A stretch of DNA of 63,045 bases, counting the filler, from a bacterium (GTDB lineage Bacteria; JACRDZ01; JAQUKH01), in NCBI GenBank assembly GCA_028719205.1. It is 6 parts of 6 records of this genome, joined end to end, with 100 filler letters (N's around TTAATTAATTAA, not from the genome) between each part and the next. Parts side by side here need not be neighbours in the genome. Positions count along the whole stretch, not along the records: positions 1 to 13,125 come from JAQUKH010000049.1; 5 more parts are not named here. One strand, 5' to 3'. Shown here one piece after another: positions 1 through 10,595 of the stretch. How positions within the stretch are numbered: the stretch's first letter is position 1; each line of letters begins with the position of its first letter. The notes beneath the pieces are model-generated. The model had not been told where the DNA came from. It saw only the letters and a list, made by a program, of their open reading frames with translations, and ran no database searches. The position numbers and the translations under genes were made by a program.

Positions 1-702
1 TTCAAAAAGTGAAGCAAAAATCTCCCCGAGCTTGGTTTTTTCTCCGTAATCTGCTAATGCCATAACCTTGCCTTCTTCTCCTTCTTTAAAACCAAGAGCT
101 GCACATATACAGCCATAGAAATGAGCAAGGCTGCTTTTATTTGGAACTTCCACCTGTTTTATTATTTTACCGTTTTTAACCTCGGCTACTAATCCTGACT
201 TTCCGTCGCCATAAGCATCCAATGATACAGCGAGGAAATGATCCGAATTAATCCCGCTTATCGCTGTTTGAATATGCCCTTGGTGATGGTCACTAAACTC
301 AATTAAACGGTAATTTATGCGCATGGAGCTCAACCTCCACTTTATTGCCCACAAACCAAGTACTAAATCAATATTCCTAATGCCGGGAGTACGGGCAACC
401 GCATTCTCTAACCAACAAGCTAACTTTGAAGAAAAAGAAAGAATATCTTTCCTGGACAATGTTTTAGAATAAACATTATTAAAAATCCTGAATATTGCCC
501 TGCCGTATCTTCCCGCAACATAAATTTTGTCGATACGCCTGTTCTGGATAATTTTTTTAGCGTATTCAAGAGACCTAAAAGGAAATCCTTGCTGCATCTT
601 ATTTCTGGTGAATCTTTCCTCTGAAGCTGCGAATAAAGCTTTTCCGTCTTCTGCTAATGTAACAGAGGCATCATGGCTATCAGTAATACCTAAAATCAAC
701 AT
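1..702 (-). CDS. Carbamoyltransferase (NodU/CmcH family), N-terminal part; runs off the window start
   Basis: Not in the ORF track. Manual translation from the ATG at 702: MLILGITDSHDASVTLAEDGKALFAASEERFTRNK...DHHQGH...SLDAYGDG...GEEGKVMALADYG. These are the HD, EERF, HH and EGKVM motifs of the family. Confidence 0.9.
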   Translation of the reverse strand, partial: MLILGITDSHDASVTLAEDGKALFAASEERFTRNKMQQGFPFRSLEYAKKIIQNRRIDKIYVAGRYGRAIFRIFNNVYSKTLSRKDILSFSSKLACWLENAVARTPGIRNIDLVLGLWAIKWRLSSMRINYRLIEFSDHHQGHIQTAISGINSDHFLAVSLDAYGDGKSGLVAEVKNGKIIKQVEVPNKSSLAHFYGCICAALGFKEGEEGKVMALADYGEKTKLGEIFASLFE

Positions 703-711
703 TTTCTCTTC

Positions 712-2937
712 CTATAAATAACTCTCCGGTTCGTTGTAAAAAAACAAAACCCTGAAATTTCCCTTAGCATCGCGATTTACTAACCAGCTGTCCACCTTAA
801 AAGGCACTCCGTTATCTTCGTTAATAAACCAATTCTTAATAATTATTTTCATATCTTCAGGGATTTTAAATACTAAAGATTTATTTTCTTCATACAAGGG
901 GAACGATTTCATCCCGCCCTTGTACCCCCTCTGCCTCAAATTCTGGTTTAAAGTAAAATTTACTGAATTAACAATATCACATCCTAAATCATCTACCCCT
1001 AAACTTACAAAAGCATTCAAATCAATGGTTAACTCTTTAAGATTATCAGTTATGTCTTTATTAAGGATAACGCAAACAGGGAGAATATTGTTTTGCCAGC
1101 TCACCTCAAACTGGGTATAGAAAACATCGGATAACTGTTCTTTTGTGCTTAGATCAAGTGAAACCATATCAGCACTTTCAAGCTGCTCGACAGCTGAATG
1201 ACTATCCCTTGCCAATTTATCAAAATTAATTTTTATAAATTTGTAATTTTTGGTATTTTCAGGAGCAGAAGTAAAACGCATCTTCTTTGGATTGAAAACA
1301 CTTTTCCCCCATTCCGCATAAAACTTATCAAACTTCTCTAAATTTGGAAGATTGGATTCAGAAAAAAGTCTGTTCAAAGCCAACATCTCTTCCATCCTTT
1401 TGCGTTTTAAATCCAATTTTAGAAACAACCGCTTATAGTTCGGAAGAATCCCTGTTTTTAATAAAGAACTTTTAGCAAGATGGTAATATTCTTTAGATTC
1501 TTTTTGATACAGGTTTTTTCTTTGGTAAAACTCCATATCTTGATTAAAATCAATTCCGAAGATTGCAAAAGAGAAAATAACAGGCAGCGCAAAAGAAAGA
1601 AACAACGGTATAACTATCTTCGTATAGGCAGGCCGATAAAATACCGCTCTCAAACCAAAGGCAAGAAATATATATAAAGGCAAAAACCCGGAGATCACTA
1701 TTCTATATTTATCAGCCTCAAGCCAGTTTCTTTGATACGCCACAACCATAACTACCGACAAAAACATTATCAAAAAGGTAAAAAACAACCTCTTATTCTC
1801 TTTATAAGCACAATATAACCCAAAACAAATTAATCCTGAAATAAGAAAACCTAGATAATTGATAATATTAACCAAGTAAAGTATTAAATTCGGGAAAGGA
1901 ACAAAAGGAGTTCTCATCCACTTAGTGAAAGCCAGAATTAGCAAATGCACGGAAGAGTTGCCCTCCCCAAGGCTATTTAGACCGTTAAAGATAAAATGAG
2001 GGATATTAAAAAGAAACACCGTGAAAAAAGCAACGGTAAACAAAGCTATTCTTTTAAGACTATTGTCTTTTCCCCATAAGATAAAGATTGAAACAATAAA
2101 CAGCAGCGGAAGGAATCTTAAGCCTGTTCCTGCCAATATACCAAAAATAATCCCTTGCAGGAATCTCTTCTCCTTATGTTCTAATAAGACGTAAAAAAGA
2201 ATGGCCGAAATTGATAATGCCATAAAATTCCTGTCTAAGACCTCAACTGACAACACATAAGGATTTAAAACAGAAAATGCTGAAACAGCTAAAGCCACTA
2301 ATCTGCTTTTTACAAGCCTTCTGCAAATAAGATATGTAAAAATCAAAAGAAGCGCATTAAAAACTAGATAGATAATTTTAAAACAATCGATCCTTAAGAT
2401 TGGCAGAAAAGTTGAAGTAAACAGGATATTACCGGGGGTGCAGATAATTTGATAAACATTAACAAATGCATCAAGCCTGCTGGATCCGGGATTTAATAGG
2501 CCTATTGTCCGGAAGCTCTGCATGTAAAAACACGGCGCCTCACCTTTAACCAAGTATGAAGCTAGAGATAATAGAAACTCGGTATTCGAATAATAAAAAA
2601 ATAAGAAAACTAGGAGGGATAAAAATAGCGGCAGAACTAACAATTCATCTTTTGAGCAGGACGGCGAAAATACTGTCTTTAGATTATTCCTTTTGAAATT
2701 TATCGCCAAAACTAGAAGAAATAAAATAAGCGAACATAATGAAATCATTACGGCTATATGGCGATTAATATAGATACCGGTTAAAAGAATAAAATTTATG
2801 GTTATAAAAGGCACCGCGGCTATAGCAAAAAACGTAGTCAGGCCAAGCCTTTCTAAGAAACAGGCGCGCTTAAAGAAACAAATTGAAATAATAAACCCAC
2901 AAAGCACAATCAATATTAAAATCATAAGAATGCCCAA
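712..2937 (-). CDS. Polytopic membrane protein, probable GT-C fold (ArnT/PMT-like) glycosyltransferase with a soluble C-terminal domain
   Basis: About 12-14 hydrophobic segments; GT-C-like 'YLICRRLVKSRLVALAVSAFSVLNP' and 'KYRIVISGFLP' patterns; TTG start with a GGAG RBS. Confidence 0.55.
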   Translation of the reverse strand: MGILMILILIVLCGFIISICFFKRACFLERLGLTTFFAIAAVPFITINFILLTGIYINRHIAVMISLCSLILFLLVLAINFKRNNLKTVFSPSCSKDELLVLPLFLSLLVFLFFYYSNTEFLLSLASYLVKGEAPCFYMQSFRTIGLLNPGSSRLDAFVNVYQIICTPGNILFTSTFLPILRIDCFKIIYLVFNALLLIFTYLICRRLVKSRLVALAVSAFSVLNPYVLSVEVLDRNFMALSISAILFYVLLEHKEKRFLQGIIFGILAGTGLRFLPLLFIVSIFILWGKDNSLKRIALFTVAFFTVFLFNIPHFIFNGLNSLGEGNSSVHLLILAFTKWMRTPFVPFPNLILYLVNIINYLGFLISGLICFGLYCAYKENKRLFFTFLIMFLSVVMVVAYQRNWLEADKYRIVISGFLPLYIFLAFGLRAVFYRPAYTKIVIPLFLSFALPVIFSFAIFGIDFNQDMEFYQRKNLYQKESKEYYHLAKSSLLKTGILPNYKRLFLKLDLKRKRMEEMLALNRLFSESNLPNLEKFDKFYAEWGKSVFNPKKMRFTSAPENTKNYKFIKINFDKLARDSHSAVEQLESADMVSLDLSTKEQLSDVFYTQFEVSWQNNILPVCVILNKDITDNLKELTIDLNAFVSLGVDDLGCDIVNSVNFTLNQNLRQRGYKGGMKSFPLYEENKSLVFKIPEDMKIIIKNWFINEDNGVPFKVDSWLVNRDAKGNFRVLFFYNEPESYL

Positions 2938-3052
2938 TTACTCCGTTTTTAAACCTTAGAATTTAAACTTTAACTTGAATACCCCATATCTCCTGGCTTC
3001 TATTTTAACTTAACAAATCCCTTGCCTCGTTATCATAGGAATAGCTTTGTAT

Positions 3053-3243
3053 TTATTTTTCAAGCAGCTTACTGGCTTCCAGTGTTTTACAGGTATTTCT
3101 ATTCAATATATCCATTCTCCCAAGAGCTTCCCGGTTCAATATAAAGTGCCTGGACCAACTGTCCCCTAAGCGGTCAAATGAACATTATCAAACCACAATC
3201 TTTTTTTCTTGGCTGTTTTTCGCGGGACTTTAATCTTTTTCAA
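3053..3243 (-). pseudogene. Decayed IS3-family (IS407-like) transposase remnant
   Basis: Fragments in shifting frames: KIKVPRKTAKKKRLWFDN (cf. LKVPQKQPKRxRLWLND), ALYIEPGSSWENGYIE* (cf. TLYIEPGSPWENGYIESFNG) and LNRNTCKTLEASKLLE (cf. LNREIFYTLLEAKVLIE). Stops and internal deletions are present. Confidence 0.75.
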
Positions 3244-3350
3244 CGCCGGACTTCTAATTTTAAAAAACAGTAATCCTTATGTATCCATATCTGCTATATA
3301 TAATTTAAATATCACATAAGGTAAAAGGTCCAAGTCAACAGATAATTCAA

Positions 3351-4388
3351 TCATTTGTAAAACTTTAGGGACATTTCCTCACCGTTATTATCAAAACTTT
3401 TATGAGCAGCCTCTGTAATAATGGCAACATTATAAGCAGCAGCCTCATTACATTGAGACTGCTCGCCATTCCTAATACTATCAGTAAAATGCCTGCAACT
3501 GCCTACAAAAGGATTTCTTAAAACACGGTGGGGTATCGTGATTGCTTCTTGAAACATTAAGCATATCGAGCCTAAAATATTTCGATTGCTCTTAGTATTC
3601 GTTACAATTACCCTGCCATACCGTAATTTCATCGTTGCCCTGCTGCCGATAATTACTACTTGAGGCACAAGGCCTGGAGACACATCGGAAGTTGTAATTT
3701 CAGCTAAGATGCCATCGGTATAAGAAAGAACCATTGTTCCGGTATCCGGATTCATGATATTTTTGTCAATACTGGTGCCATAAGCGCGTACGGAAAACGG
3801 CAAGCCTATACCAAAGTAGTTAATTAAGTCTACAAAATGGCAATGGAATTCATTAAAAAGCCCGGCGTTTAACTGGCTGGAAAACAACCCTGCGTTAGAT
3901 TCTGAAGTCATTAAAAACCGCATATATCTAACCTGACCTATTTGACCTGACCGTAAAATATCCCGCATCTTTATAAACTCAGGAAGAAATCTAAAGTTAA
4001 AACCATTAAAAATGATCCTTTTGTATCTGGCGTTCAAATTAATAATCTCGCTGATTTCTTCGGAAGTTGCGCAAAGCGGTTTTTCTGAATATACGTGGAG
4101 TCCTTTCATAATCGCTTCTTTGATATACTTGGCATGCAATCGTGTCGGAATACAGATATCGACTGCATCAATCGGAGATCTATTTATTAATTCTTCAGCG
4201 TCTTTATAATACTGTTTTATTCCGTACTCATTTGCTAAGTATTTTCCATTTATTGATTTCGGGTTAGCGATAGAGATAACTCCGACATTCCTGATCATCC
4301 TATAAGCACGAATATGCCATAGAGCCATCTTGCCGGCCCCAATAACCCCAATCCTTATAAATCGTCTATGTTTCAAAGTATGCCTCAT
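3351..4388 (-). CDS. Gfo/Idh/MocA family NAD(P)-dependent oxidoreductase
   Basis: IGVIGAGKMA Rossmann motif, HVYSEKPL, GFNFRF, HFVD. Confidence 0.92.
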   Translation of the reverse strand: MRHTLKHRRFIRIGVIGAGKMALWHIRAYRMIRNVGVISIANPKSINGKYLANEYGIKQYYKDAEELINRSPIDAVDICIPTRLHAKYIKEAIMKGLHVYSEKPLCATSEEISEIINLNARYKRIIFNGFNFRFLPEFIKMRDILRSGQIGQVRYMRFLMTSESNAGLFSSQLNAGLFNEFHCHFVDLINYFGIGLPFSVRAYGTSIDKNIMNPDTGTMVLSYTDGILAEITTSDVSPGLVPQVVIIGSRATMKLRYGRVIVTNTKSNRNILGSICLMFQEAITIPHRVLRNPFVGSCRHFTDSIRNGEQSQCNEAAAYNVAIITEAAHKSFDNNGEEMSLKFYK

Positions 4389-4405
4389 TTCATCATAGGC
4401 GGATA

Positions 4406-5866
4406 TTAAACTTCCAACCTTTTAAGTATTGAAATATAAAAGTAACGCGTCTGAAAAATAATCGTTTTAGTTATCCAAAAAATATTAGCTGGATTGCGGA
4501 TTATTTCAGAAATAATCTTTTTCAAGAAATAAAAGCTCATATAATAGCTTTTATACGCGCTACGAATTATTTTTGCCAGATCATTAACAGAATAATCACA
4601 AAAAGAAAGCCTGGTGTGGAGAATATCCATATCTTTCAAACTTTCTCTTAGGTCTAGCTTGTCCTTAACGAGCTCAAATAAATAAGACCCAGGCAAAGGA
4701 GTTAAAACATTGAACGATACAAAAAACGGATTCGTCTCCCGGATAAAATTCATTGTATTGTTTATAGTAAAGCTATTTTCACCGGGGCTCCCAAATATGC
4801 ATTGCAGAGAAAATGCCATCTTTTTTTTCTGCAATATTTGGAGACCTCTTCTGATTTCTGAAACTTTTTGATGCTTTTGAAGATATTCTAAAATATGGTC
4901 GTTTGCAGATTCAAGGCCTAAGGTCATATGGATACAGCCAGATTTTTTCATCAAACTAACGATATCCGCTTTTATTAAATCCGCTCTCCCCGCGCAGGCC
5001 CAGCGGATTTTTATATTCCGCGACAAAATCTCTTCGCATACGCCAACCGCAAAAGTATCATTCAAATTGAACGTCTCGTCATGAAAAAAGATACTGCGTA
5101 CGCCAGTCTGCCGGATGATTGATTCAATTTCATCGGTAATGTTTTTTGCGGAACGGTACCTTACCGTCTCGTTGTTCATTTGGCGCTGCGCGCAAAAGAT
5201 ACAATCAAAAGCGCAACCACGGGAAGGCAAAATAAACGCTGTAGGCCTACCCCAAAAAAGCAGATCCCAGTAGTTGCGTGGATTAGTAAAATCTCTTAAA
5301 GGGAGGGGGATACTGTCTAGATTCTGCATGAGCTCACGTTTAGACGTTGTAACAGTATTCCCGTTTTTCTCTACAAAAATTACACCAGGAGTATCATTAA
5401 GATATGGCCAGTTACGGCAAATATCAACAATTGTTAATTCGGGCTCACCATCAATAATAACATCCGCAAGGCCATCTTCTAATATACGCGAACTCAGATA
5501 CTTTGCAATTTGCCCTACGAAAATACGCACCTTATCCTTAAAAATACTGAAATATTTCTTTATATCTTCCTGATGATAAGGGCTAAAGGGAATAACAATC
5601 GCATCGGCCCAACGGGAATTTTTATAGATAGTAATAAGGGAAACCTTCTCTGCGATAGGATCTATTATCTTCACATCGTATCCGGAAACTTTAAGCATGG
5701 CCCCCATATACGCTAATCCAATAGGGAATGTTACTCCAGTTTTAATTTCCTGTCCGGAATGCCTCACTACGACTGGATCAATACTGATATTACGAATTAT
5801 CCCGGTATGCAAAAAGTTGTTAATTAGTAATATTTTTTTAATACCTTGTTTTTTGTTGATATTCAT
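4406..5866 (-). CDS. B12-binding domain radical SAM protein
   Basis: PIGLAYMGAMLK B12-binding N-terminus, GEPE, SRGCAFDCIFC (CxxxCxxC), DETF, GLES. Confidence 0.92.
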   Translation of the reverse strand: MNINKKQGIKKILLINNFLHTGIIRNISIDPVVVRHSGQEIKTGVTFPIGLAYMGAMLKVSGYDVKIIDPIAEKVSLITIYKNSRWADAIVIPFSPYHQEDIKKYFSIFKDKVRIFVGQIAKYLSSRILEDGLADVIIDGEPELTIVDICRNWPYLNDTPGVIFVEKNGNTVTTSKRELMQNLDSIPLPLRDFTNPRNYWDLLFWGRPTAFILPSRGCAFDCIFCAQRQMNNETVRYRSAKNITDEIESIIRQTGVRSIFFHDETFNLNDTFAVGVCEEILSRNIKIRWACAGRADLIKADIVSLMKKSGCIHMTLGLESANDHILEYLQKHQKVSEIRRGLQILQKKKMAFSLQCIFGSPGENSFTINNTMNFIRETNPFFVSFNVLTPLPGSYLFELVKDKLDLRESLKDMDILHTRLSFCDYSVNDLAKIIRSAYKSYYMSFYFLKKIISEIIRNPANIFWITKTIIFQTRYFYISILKRLEV

Positions 5867-5872
5867 TTAATG

Positions 5873-6760
5873 CTAAATCGTACTAAAAATAGTAAGACCG
5901 ATCCCCGCGATTATTAGCAGTGAAGCCAAAATTAATTTTCTGGTGACAACTTCATGTTTTTTAAGGAAAATTCTGCTCAAAAAGACGATTATCAAAGGGG
6001 TGACCGCAAAAAGCGGAACCACAAGGCTTACTTTCCCATAAAGCAACGCAGAGAGGTCAACAATCTCACCGATAGTAGTCAAAAGCGCGGCGTAAATAAT
6101 AAACTTTAATTCTTTTGTATATTTAAAAAATAAGATGTTTTCTTTTTTATACTTAAAAAGAGCATATATTGTCAATACCGCCAAGGAACTCGACGCAGCT
6201 ATTGTGGAAGCAAAAATCGGATAAGGCATTAAATTTAATCCGTATTTACGTAAATTTGCAGCAAATCCAGCCAGCAAAGCCGCAGCCAAAGGGTAAAATA
6301 AATCAAGAGGCTTCCAACGAGTAAAGTCGACATTTTCTTTCTTTGATAATAACACCACTCCCGATGCGATTAAAAAAATTCCAGGGAATATACCCGGTCT
6401 GGGGGTTTCTTTCAAGAATAAAATTGCCATAATCGTTGCGAAAAAAGGCGTCATGGCTCGCAAAGGCGCCGCGCGGCTTGCGCCGAGCTTATGAATACCG
6501 TAATACGTCCAGGTCCTAACCAGCGTAGGGGCGAAGCTTCCGATCGCTAAGAATATAAGTATAGCTTTGTAGTTCTGAAAATAAATCCTGGGAACTAAGA
6601 ATACTGTTAGGAGCCAAAGGAATCCGGTACCGATGAGTACGGAAAGATATACTGCAATAAACGGATCAACCCTAGCAAAGCCTTTTTTTAGGATGACATT
6701 TGAACTTGCGGTAATTAACGTCATCAGAAATGCCAATATAATCGCAACGGAAAAATCCAT
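5873..6760 (-). CDS. EamA/DMT family transporter
   Basis: Two EamA repeats with 10 TM segments ('PFFATIMAILFLKE', 'PLIIVFLSRIFLKKHE'). Start reassigned to MDFSVAII at 6760 to avoid overlap with the upstream gene. Confidence 0.9.
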   Translation of the reverse strand: MDFSVAIILAFLMTLITASSNVILKKGFARVDPFIAVYLSVLIGTGFLWLLTVFLVPRIYFQNYKAILIFLAIGSFAPTLVRTWTYYGIHKLGASRAAPLRAMTPFFATIMAILFLKETPRPGIFPGIFLIASGVVLLSKKENVDFTRWKPLDLFYPLAAALLAGFAANLRKYGLNLMPYPIFASTIAASSSLAVLTIYALFKYKKENILFFKYTKELKFIIYAALLTTIGEIVDLSALLYGKVSLVVPLFAVTPLIIVFLSRIFLKKHEVVTRKLILASLLIIAGIGLTIFSTI

Positions 6761-6764
6761 ATTT

Positions 6765-8627
6765 CTAATGTTTTGGCGAAAAGCGCCTGATACGATGCTT
6801 AAGCACGTAAAGGCCTGCATCTTCTGCTGCCAGGTAAACGTAGGCAACATCTTGAAATTGCTGTATCGCAATATCCCGGATTTGGTCCGGCAATGTTACA
6901 GCATGAACAAACCTCAAAGTGTTATCCATTTTTGAGAAAATATAAAGCTTGTAATATCGTACAATATAGGTATACGAGTCGCATTCTATTATTTTATTAA
7001 CACAATCGGAATGCAGAATGCTGCGCACGTTTTCTCCCAGAGGATTATGCAATAAGCTTGAAACGGTAAATGGTTTCACCACATTCCCATTTTCATCCAG
7101 CTTCATCGATAACGTAGGAAGTTCGCTATAGCCTTCGCCAAATTGAGTGATCAAAAGCATGTCCTTATAGAAATTGATATTATCTGGAAAGCCGGGTATA
7201 CGAAAGCTAAAGATTCGCTTGGGATGTTGTGTCAACCTGATATCATAAATATAAAAGTTGCCCGCAGTGGCAACAAATAATTGGTTATTATGAATTTGCA
7301 TATCAAGTAACTCCCCGGTAAATTTTAAAGTCCGCATTTTTTTAAAATCCGGTAGCTCACATATATCGACAAAGCTATTTTTATTAGTACTGATTGTACG
7401 TCCTATAAAAATGCGTTTTTCCTGAATAACTGCATGTGAGACATCGGGATATTTTATAAAGGTTTTATTGCTGGATTTTAATCTTAAAGGATCCTGGATA
7501 TTGTATATATTTAAACCGTTATAATCACACACAAACAGATTATCCTTATCCATGGCTAAACCAACGATTTCACCTGGCGTCTCAATTCTTGACTTCATAA
7601 TGAGCTTCTCCGGAGTTTCCATGTCAAAAATTATAATCCCCTTGTCTTCATCTGCGGCAAACAAGAAATTATTGTACATAACGCCTCTTCTGACATGGTC
7701 TCCCGGCAGTATATATTTTATAATATAGCGAAAGACAAAAGGAGCTTTTATTTGAAAAAGGTGAATTGAATCATCAAAGAAAATATAAATATAATCCCCC
7801 TTAACAATCATATGGTACACCCTGCCATTCTCCGGCCGAGAAAATGTATGAATTTTTTTATATATAAGGCTCTTTGTATCCAGCCCGTAAATCATGTTTT
7901 CAAAGTTAAAATATATAAACTCCCGAGAATAAGCAAGCGCGAACGCTGTTTTATGGGGAAAAGAAATATGCTTTAACTCCCTGAAATTATCTTTCAAGTT
8001 AAAAATATATAATCCCCCCATTGCACATACAGCAAACAACTTATCACCTTCAATAAGAATCCCCTCAACCTGGCCTATCGTACTTACTTCTTTGTTAAAT
8101 TGGCCTTTAATATTTATTTCTCTAATGAAAGAAATGTTACCCGGATCGTAATCCTTATTTTTAAATACCTTCAGGCTCCCTTCCTGCCCTAAGAAAATTA
8201 AATCTTTGTATAAAAATATGCTCGAGCAAAATCTATCAAAAGAAAGATGCCTAATACATTTCAGAAACCCGCGATCTTGAATATCAAATATGTACATTCC
8301 TTCACAACCTGCAGCGACATACAAGAAATTATCGGCAACCGCCATTTGCATAATTATTCCAAAGGTTTTTACTTCAGCTATTTTTTCAGGCACGCTTATA
8401 TTTCTAGTATCATAGACCAAGATACTTCCGCCTGCGCCTATAAAAACCATATCATCTTTGACTGCTACGCATCGAGCAGTAGCAATAGGCGAAGAATTAA
8501 ACAGTGTAAAATCGGTGTTATTTTGACGTGGCGGACAATCTGCAAAGACAGGCATAAGAATTAATAAGGGGAAAATAAAAACAACCGGGCAAATCAAAAT
8601 ATTATTCTTGAATATTCTTTTAATCAT
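6765..8627 (-). CDS. Secreted LVIVD-repeat beta-propeller protein
   Basis: Signal peptide; repeats such as 'MAVADNFLYVAAGCEGMYIFDI' and 'FLFAADEDKGIIIFDM'. Confidence 0.8.
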   Translation of the reverse strand: MIKRIFKNNILICPVVFIFPLLILMPVFADCPPRQNNTDFTLFNSSPIATARCVAVKDDMVFIGAGGSILVYDTRNISVPEKIAEVKTFGIIMQMAVADNFLYVAAGCEGMYIFDIQDRGFLKCIRHLSFDRFCSSIFLYKDLIFLGQEGSLKVFKNKDYDPGNISFIREINIKGQFNKEVSTIGQVEGILIEGDKLFAVCAMGGLYIFNLKDNFRELKHISFPHKTAFALAYSREFIYFNFENMIYGLDTKSLIYKKIHTFSRPENGRVYHMIVKGDYIYIFFDDSIHLFQIKAPFVFRYIIKYILPGDHVRRGVMYNNFLFAADEDKGIIIFDMETPEKLIMKSRIETPGEIVGLAMDKDNLFVCDYNGLNIYNIQDPLRLKSSNKTFIKYPDVSHAVIQEKRIFIGRTISTNKNSFVDICELPDFKKMRTLKFTGELLDMQIHNNQLFVATAGNFYIYDIRLTQHPKRIFSFRIPGFPDNINFYKDMLLITQFGEGYSELPTLSMKLDENGNVVKPFTVSSLLHNPLGENVRSILHSDCVNKIIECDSYTYIVRYYKLYIFSKMDNTLRFVHAVTLPDQIRDIAIQQFQDVAYVYLAAEDAGLYVLKHRIRRFSPKH

Positions 8628-8725
8628 AGATAATTTTCATAATCTTAAAGTTTAAGATTCTCCCTTATTCCAGTTTCACGCTAGATGGTTTTGAAAATCA
8701 GAGAAATTTGCAAAAAATTAATGTA

Positions 8726-8893
8726 TTAAAAAACTGCATAAAAAAATGGCAGCAATACCGGCACATCAATAAAAACCGTTGATATGATAATCAGGGAAAT
8801 CATTACCAGAATCGGCACCAATATCCAAACCTTTTTTTCTTTAAGAAATCGAAAGAAATCCTTGATAAATTCAACCTTATCCTGTAATTTCAA
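8726..8893 (-). CDS. DUF5989 / SxtK-like small membrane protein (55 aa)
   Basis: Below the ORF-track cutoff. TTG start after an AAGGGGG RBS gives MKLQDKVEFIKDFFRFLKEKKVWILVPILVMISLIIISTVFIDVPVLLPFFYAVF, which fits the family pattern FLKExKxWxxxP...PFxYxxF; it lies next to a carbamoyltransferase. Confidence 0.85.
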   Translation of the reverse strand: MKLQDKVEFIKDFFRFLKEKKVWILVPILVMISLIIISTVFIDVPVLLPFFYAVF

Positions 8894-10595
8894 TTGCACC
8901 CCCTTTATTTGCCCTATGCCTAATCAAGAAATCTCCTAAAACCAAATAATCCATATCCGTGTTCATAAAACAAAGATAAGCATCAAAAGGTGAGCACACG
9001 ATCGGTTCTGCCTTATCATTAAATGAAGTATTCAATACCATAGGCACGCCGGAAATTTTCCTGAATTCTTCTATCAAGCCATAAAAATCCGGCGAATATT
9101 CCTTTTTTACCGTCTGTATGCGGGCGCGCCCATCTACATGCGTTACAGAAGGAATTAGTTGTTTTTTTTCATCCTTAACCTTTGCTGCTAAAAGCATAAA
9201 AGGGCTATCGCATAAAATTTCAAAATAATCGTTTTTATATTCGCAGAGGACCGCGGGGGCAAAAGGCCTGAACCACTCACGGTGCTTGACTCTTTTATTC
9301 AAAACGTCTTTTGTTTCCGGATTAATCGGATTAGCGAGTATGCTTCTGGCACCCAAAGACCGCGGCCCGAATTCCATACTACCCTGAAAATAACCTATGA
9401 TTTTATTATTATATATTTTCTGCGCCACGATCTTATGTAATTCGTTACGATTTTCGAATTTTTTATAATTGACCTGGTGTTCATTTAAAAAAATTTCGAT
9501 TTCTTCAGAAGAAAAACTGGGACCAAAAAAAGCATTGTTCATTCTAACCCTGTTTTTTTGATCGGATAGTGCCATGTGGATATAAAACGCGCTGCCAAGA
9601 GACCCCCCGTCATCTCCTGCGGCAGGCTGGATAAAAATATCTTTAAAATCGGTATTTTCAAGTATCTTATGGTTAGCCACGCAATTCAAAGCGACTCCTC
9701 CTGCCAGGCACAAATTTTTGCTTCCCGTTTCTTTGTAAAGATTCCTAGCGATAGAAATTAAAATATCTTCTGTGCACTTCTGCAGGGTTGCAGCTAAATC
9801 GTAATCTCTCTGTGTTAAAAGACCTTCTTGCTGACGGGGCTTTCCAAAAGTTTTCACAAATTCTTTACTGGTCATAACCAAATCGGAGTGAAAAGAAAAA
9901 TAGTCCATATTCAATAAAAAACTACCGTCGTCTTTCATCTTAATCACTTTTTTAAAATCCGCATAATAAGACGGCGCTCCGTATGCCGCCAAGGCCATGA
10001 CCTTTCCTTCTCCTCCGTTTACCTGAAACCCCAGATGTGCAGTCACTGCGCTATAAAGCAGGCCAATCGAATGGGGAAAACGCATCTCTTTGTGCAAATT
10101 GATATTTCTATTTTGGCCGACGCCGCAAGCAATAACAGTCCATTCCCCGGTTCCATCCGTAGTCAAAATTGCCGAATTTTCAAAGCCTGAAGGATAAAAT
10201 GCACTGGCTGCATGCGCATAATGATGGTCGACAAAGTATATCTTTCCCCGGAAACCTAATTCTTCCCTTATTTTTTGCGGGATAAAAAGTTTATACTTTA
10301 ACCAAAGAGGTAAGAAATTCTTGAAGCTTTTGAATGATCTGGGAAACGTAGAAATATAAGTTTTGATGATCCTTTCGAATTTCAAAAAAGGCTTTTCATA
10401 GAAAACTATACAATCCAACTCGTTAATATCCAGTCCTGAACGCTCCAGGCAAAACGTTACTGCATGGTGAGGAAAATCCAACGAATGTTTTTTACGGTTA
10501 AACCTCTCTTCTGCCGAAGCGGCGATAATTTCCCCGTCAATCAGTAGGCAAGCCGCCGAATCATGATACATATATGATAAGCCGAGAATTCTCAT
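8877..10595 (-). CDS. Carbamoyltransferase (NodU/CmcH/SxtI family), full length
   Basis: YHDSAACL, EERFNRKKH, HHYAHAASAF, EGKVMALA, GGVALNC, EFGPRSLGARS, FRPFAP, NTSFN. Confidence 0.96.
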   Translation of the reverse strand: MRILGLSYMYHDSAACLLIDGEIIAASAEERFNRKKHSLDFPHHAVTFCLERSGLDINELDCIVFYEKPFLKFERIIKTYISTFPRSFKSFKNFLPLWLKYKLFIPQKIREELGFRGKIYFVDHHYAHAASAFYPSGFENSAILTTDGTGEWTVIACGVGQNRNINLHKEMRFPHSIGLLYSAVTAHLGFQVNGGEGKVMALAAYGAPSYYADFKKVIKMKDDGSFLLNMDYFSFHSDLVMTSKEFVKTFGKPRQQEGLLTQRDYDLAATLQKCTEDILISIARNLYKETGSKNLCLAGGVALNCVANHKILENTDFKDIFIQPAAGDDGGSLGSAFYIHMALSDQKNRVRMNNAFFGPSFSSEEIEIFLNEHQVNYKKFENRNELHKIVAQKIYNNKIIGYFQGSMEFGPRSLGARSILANPINPETKDVLNKRVKHREWFRPFAPAVLCEYKNDYFEILCDSPFMLLAAKVKDEKKQLIPSVTHVDGRARIQTVKKEYSPDFYGLIEEFRKISGVPMVLNTSFNDKAEPIVCSPFDAYLCFMNTDMDYLVLGDFLIRHRANKGGAIEITG

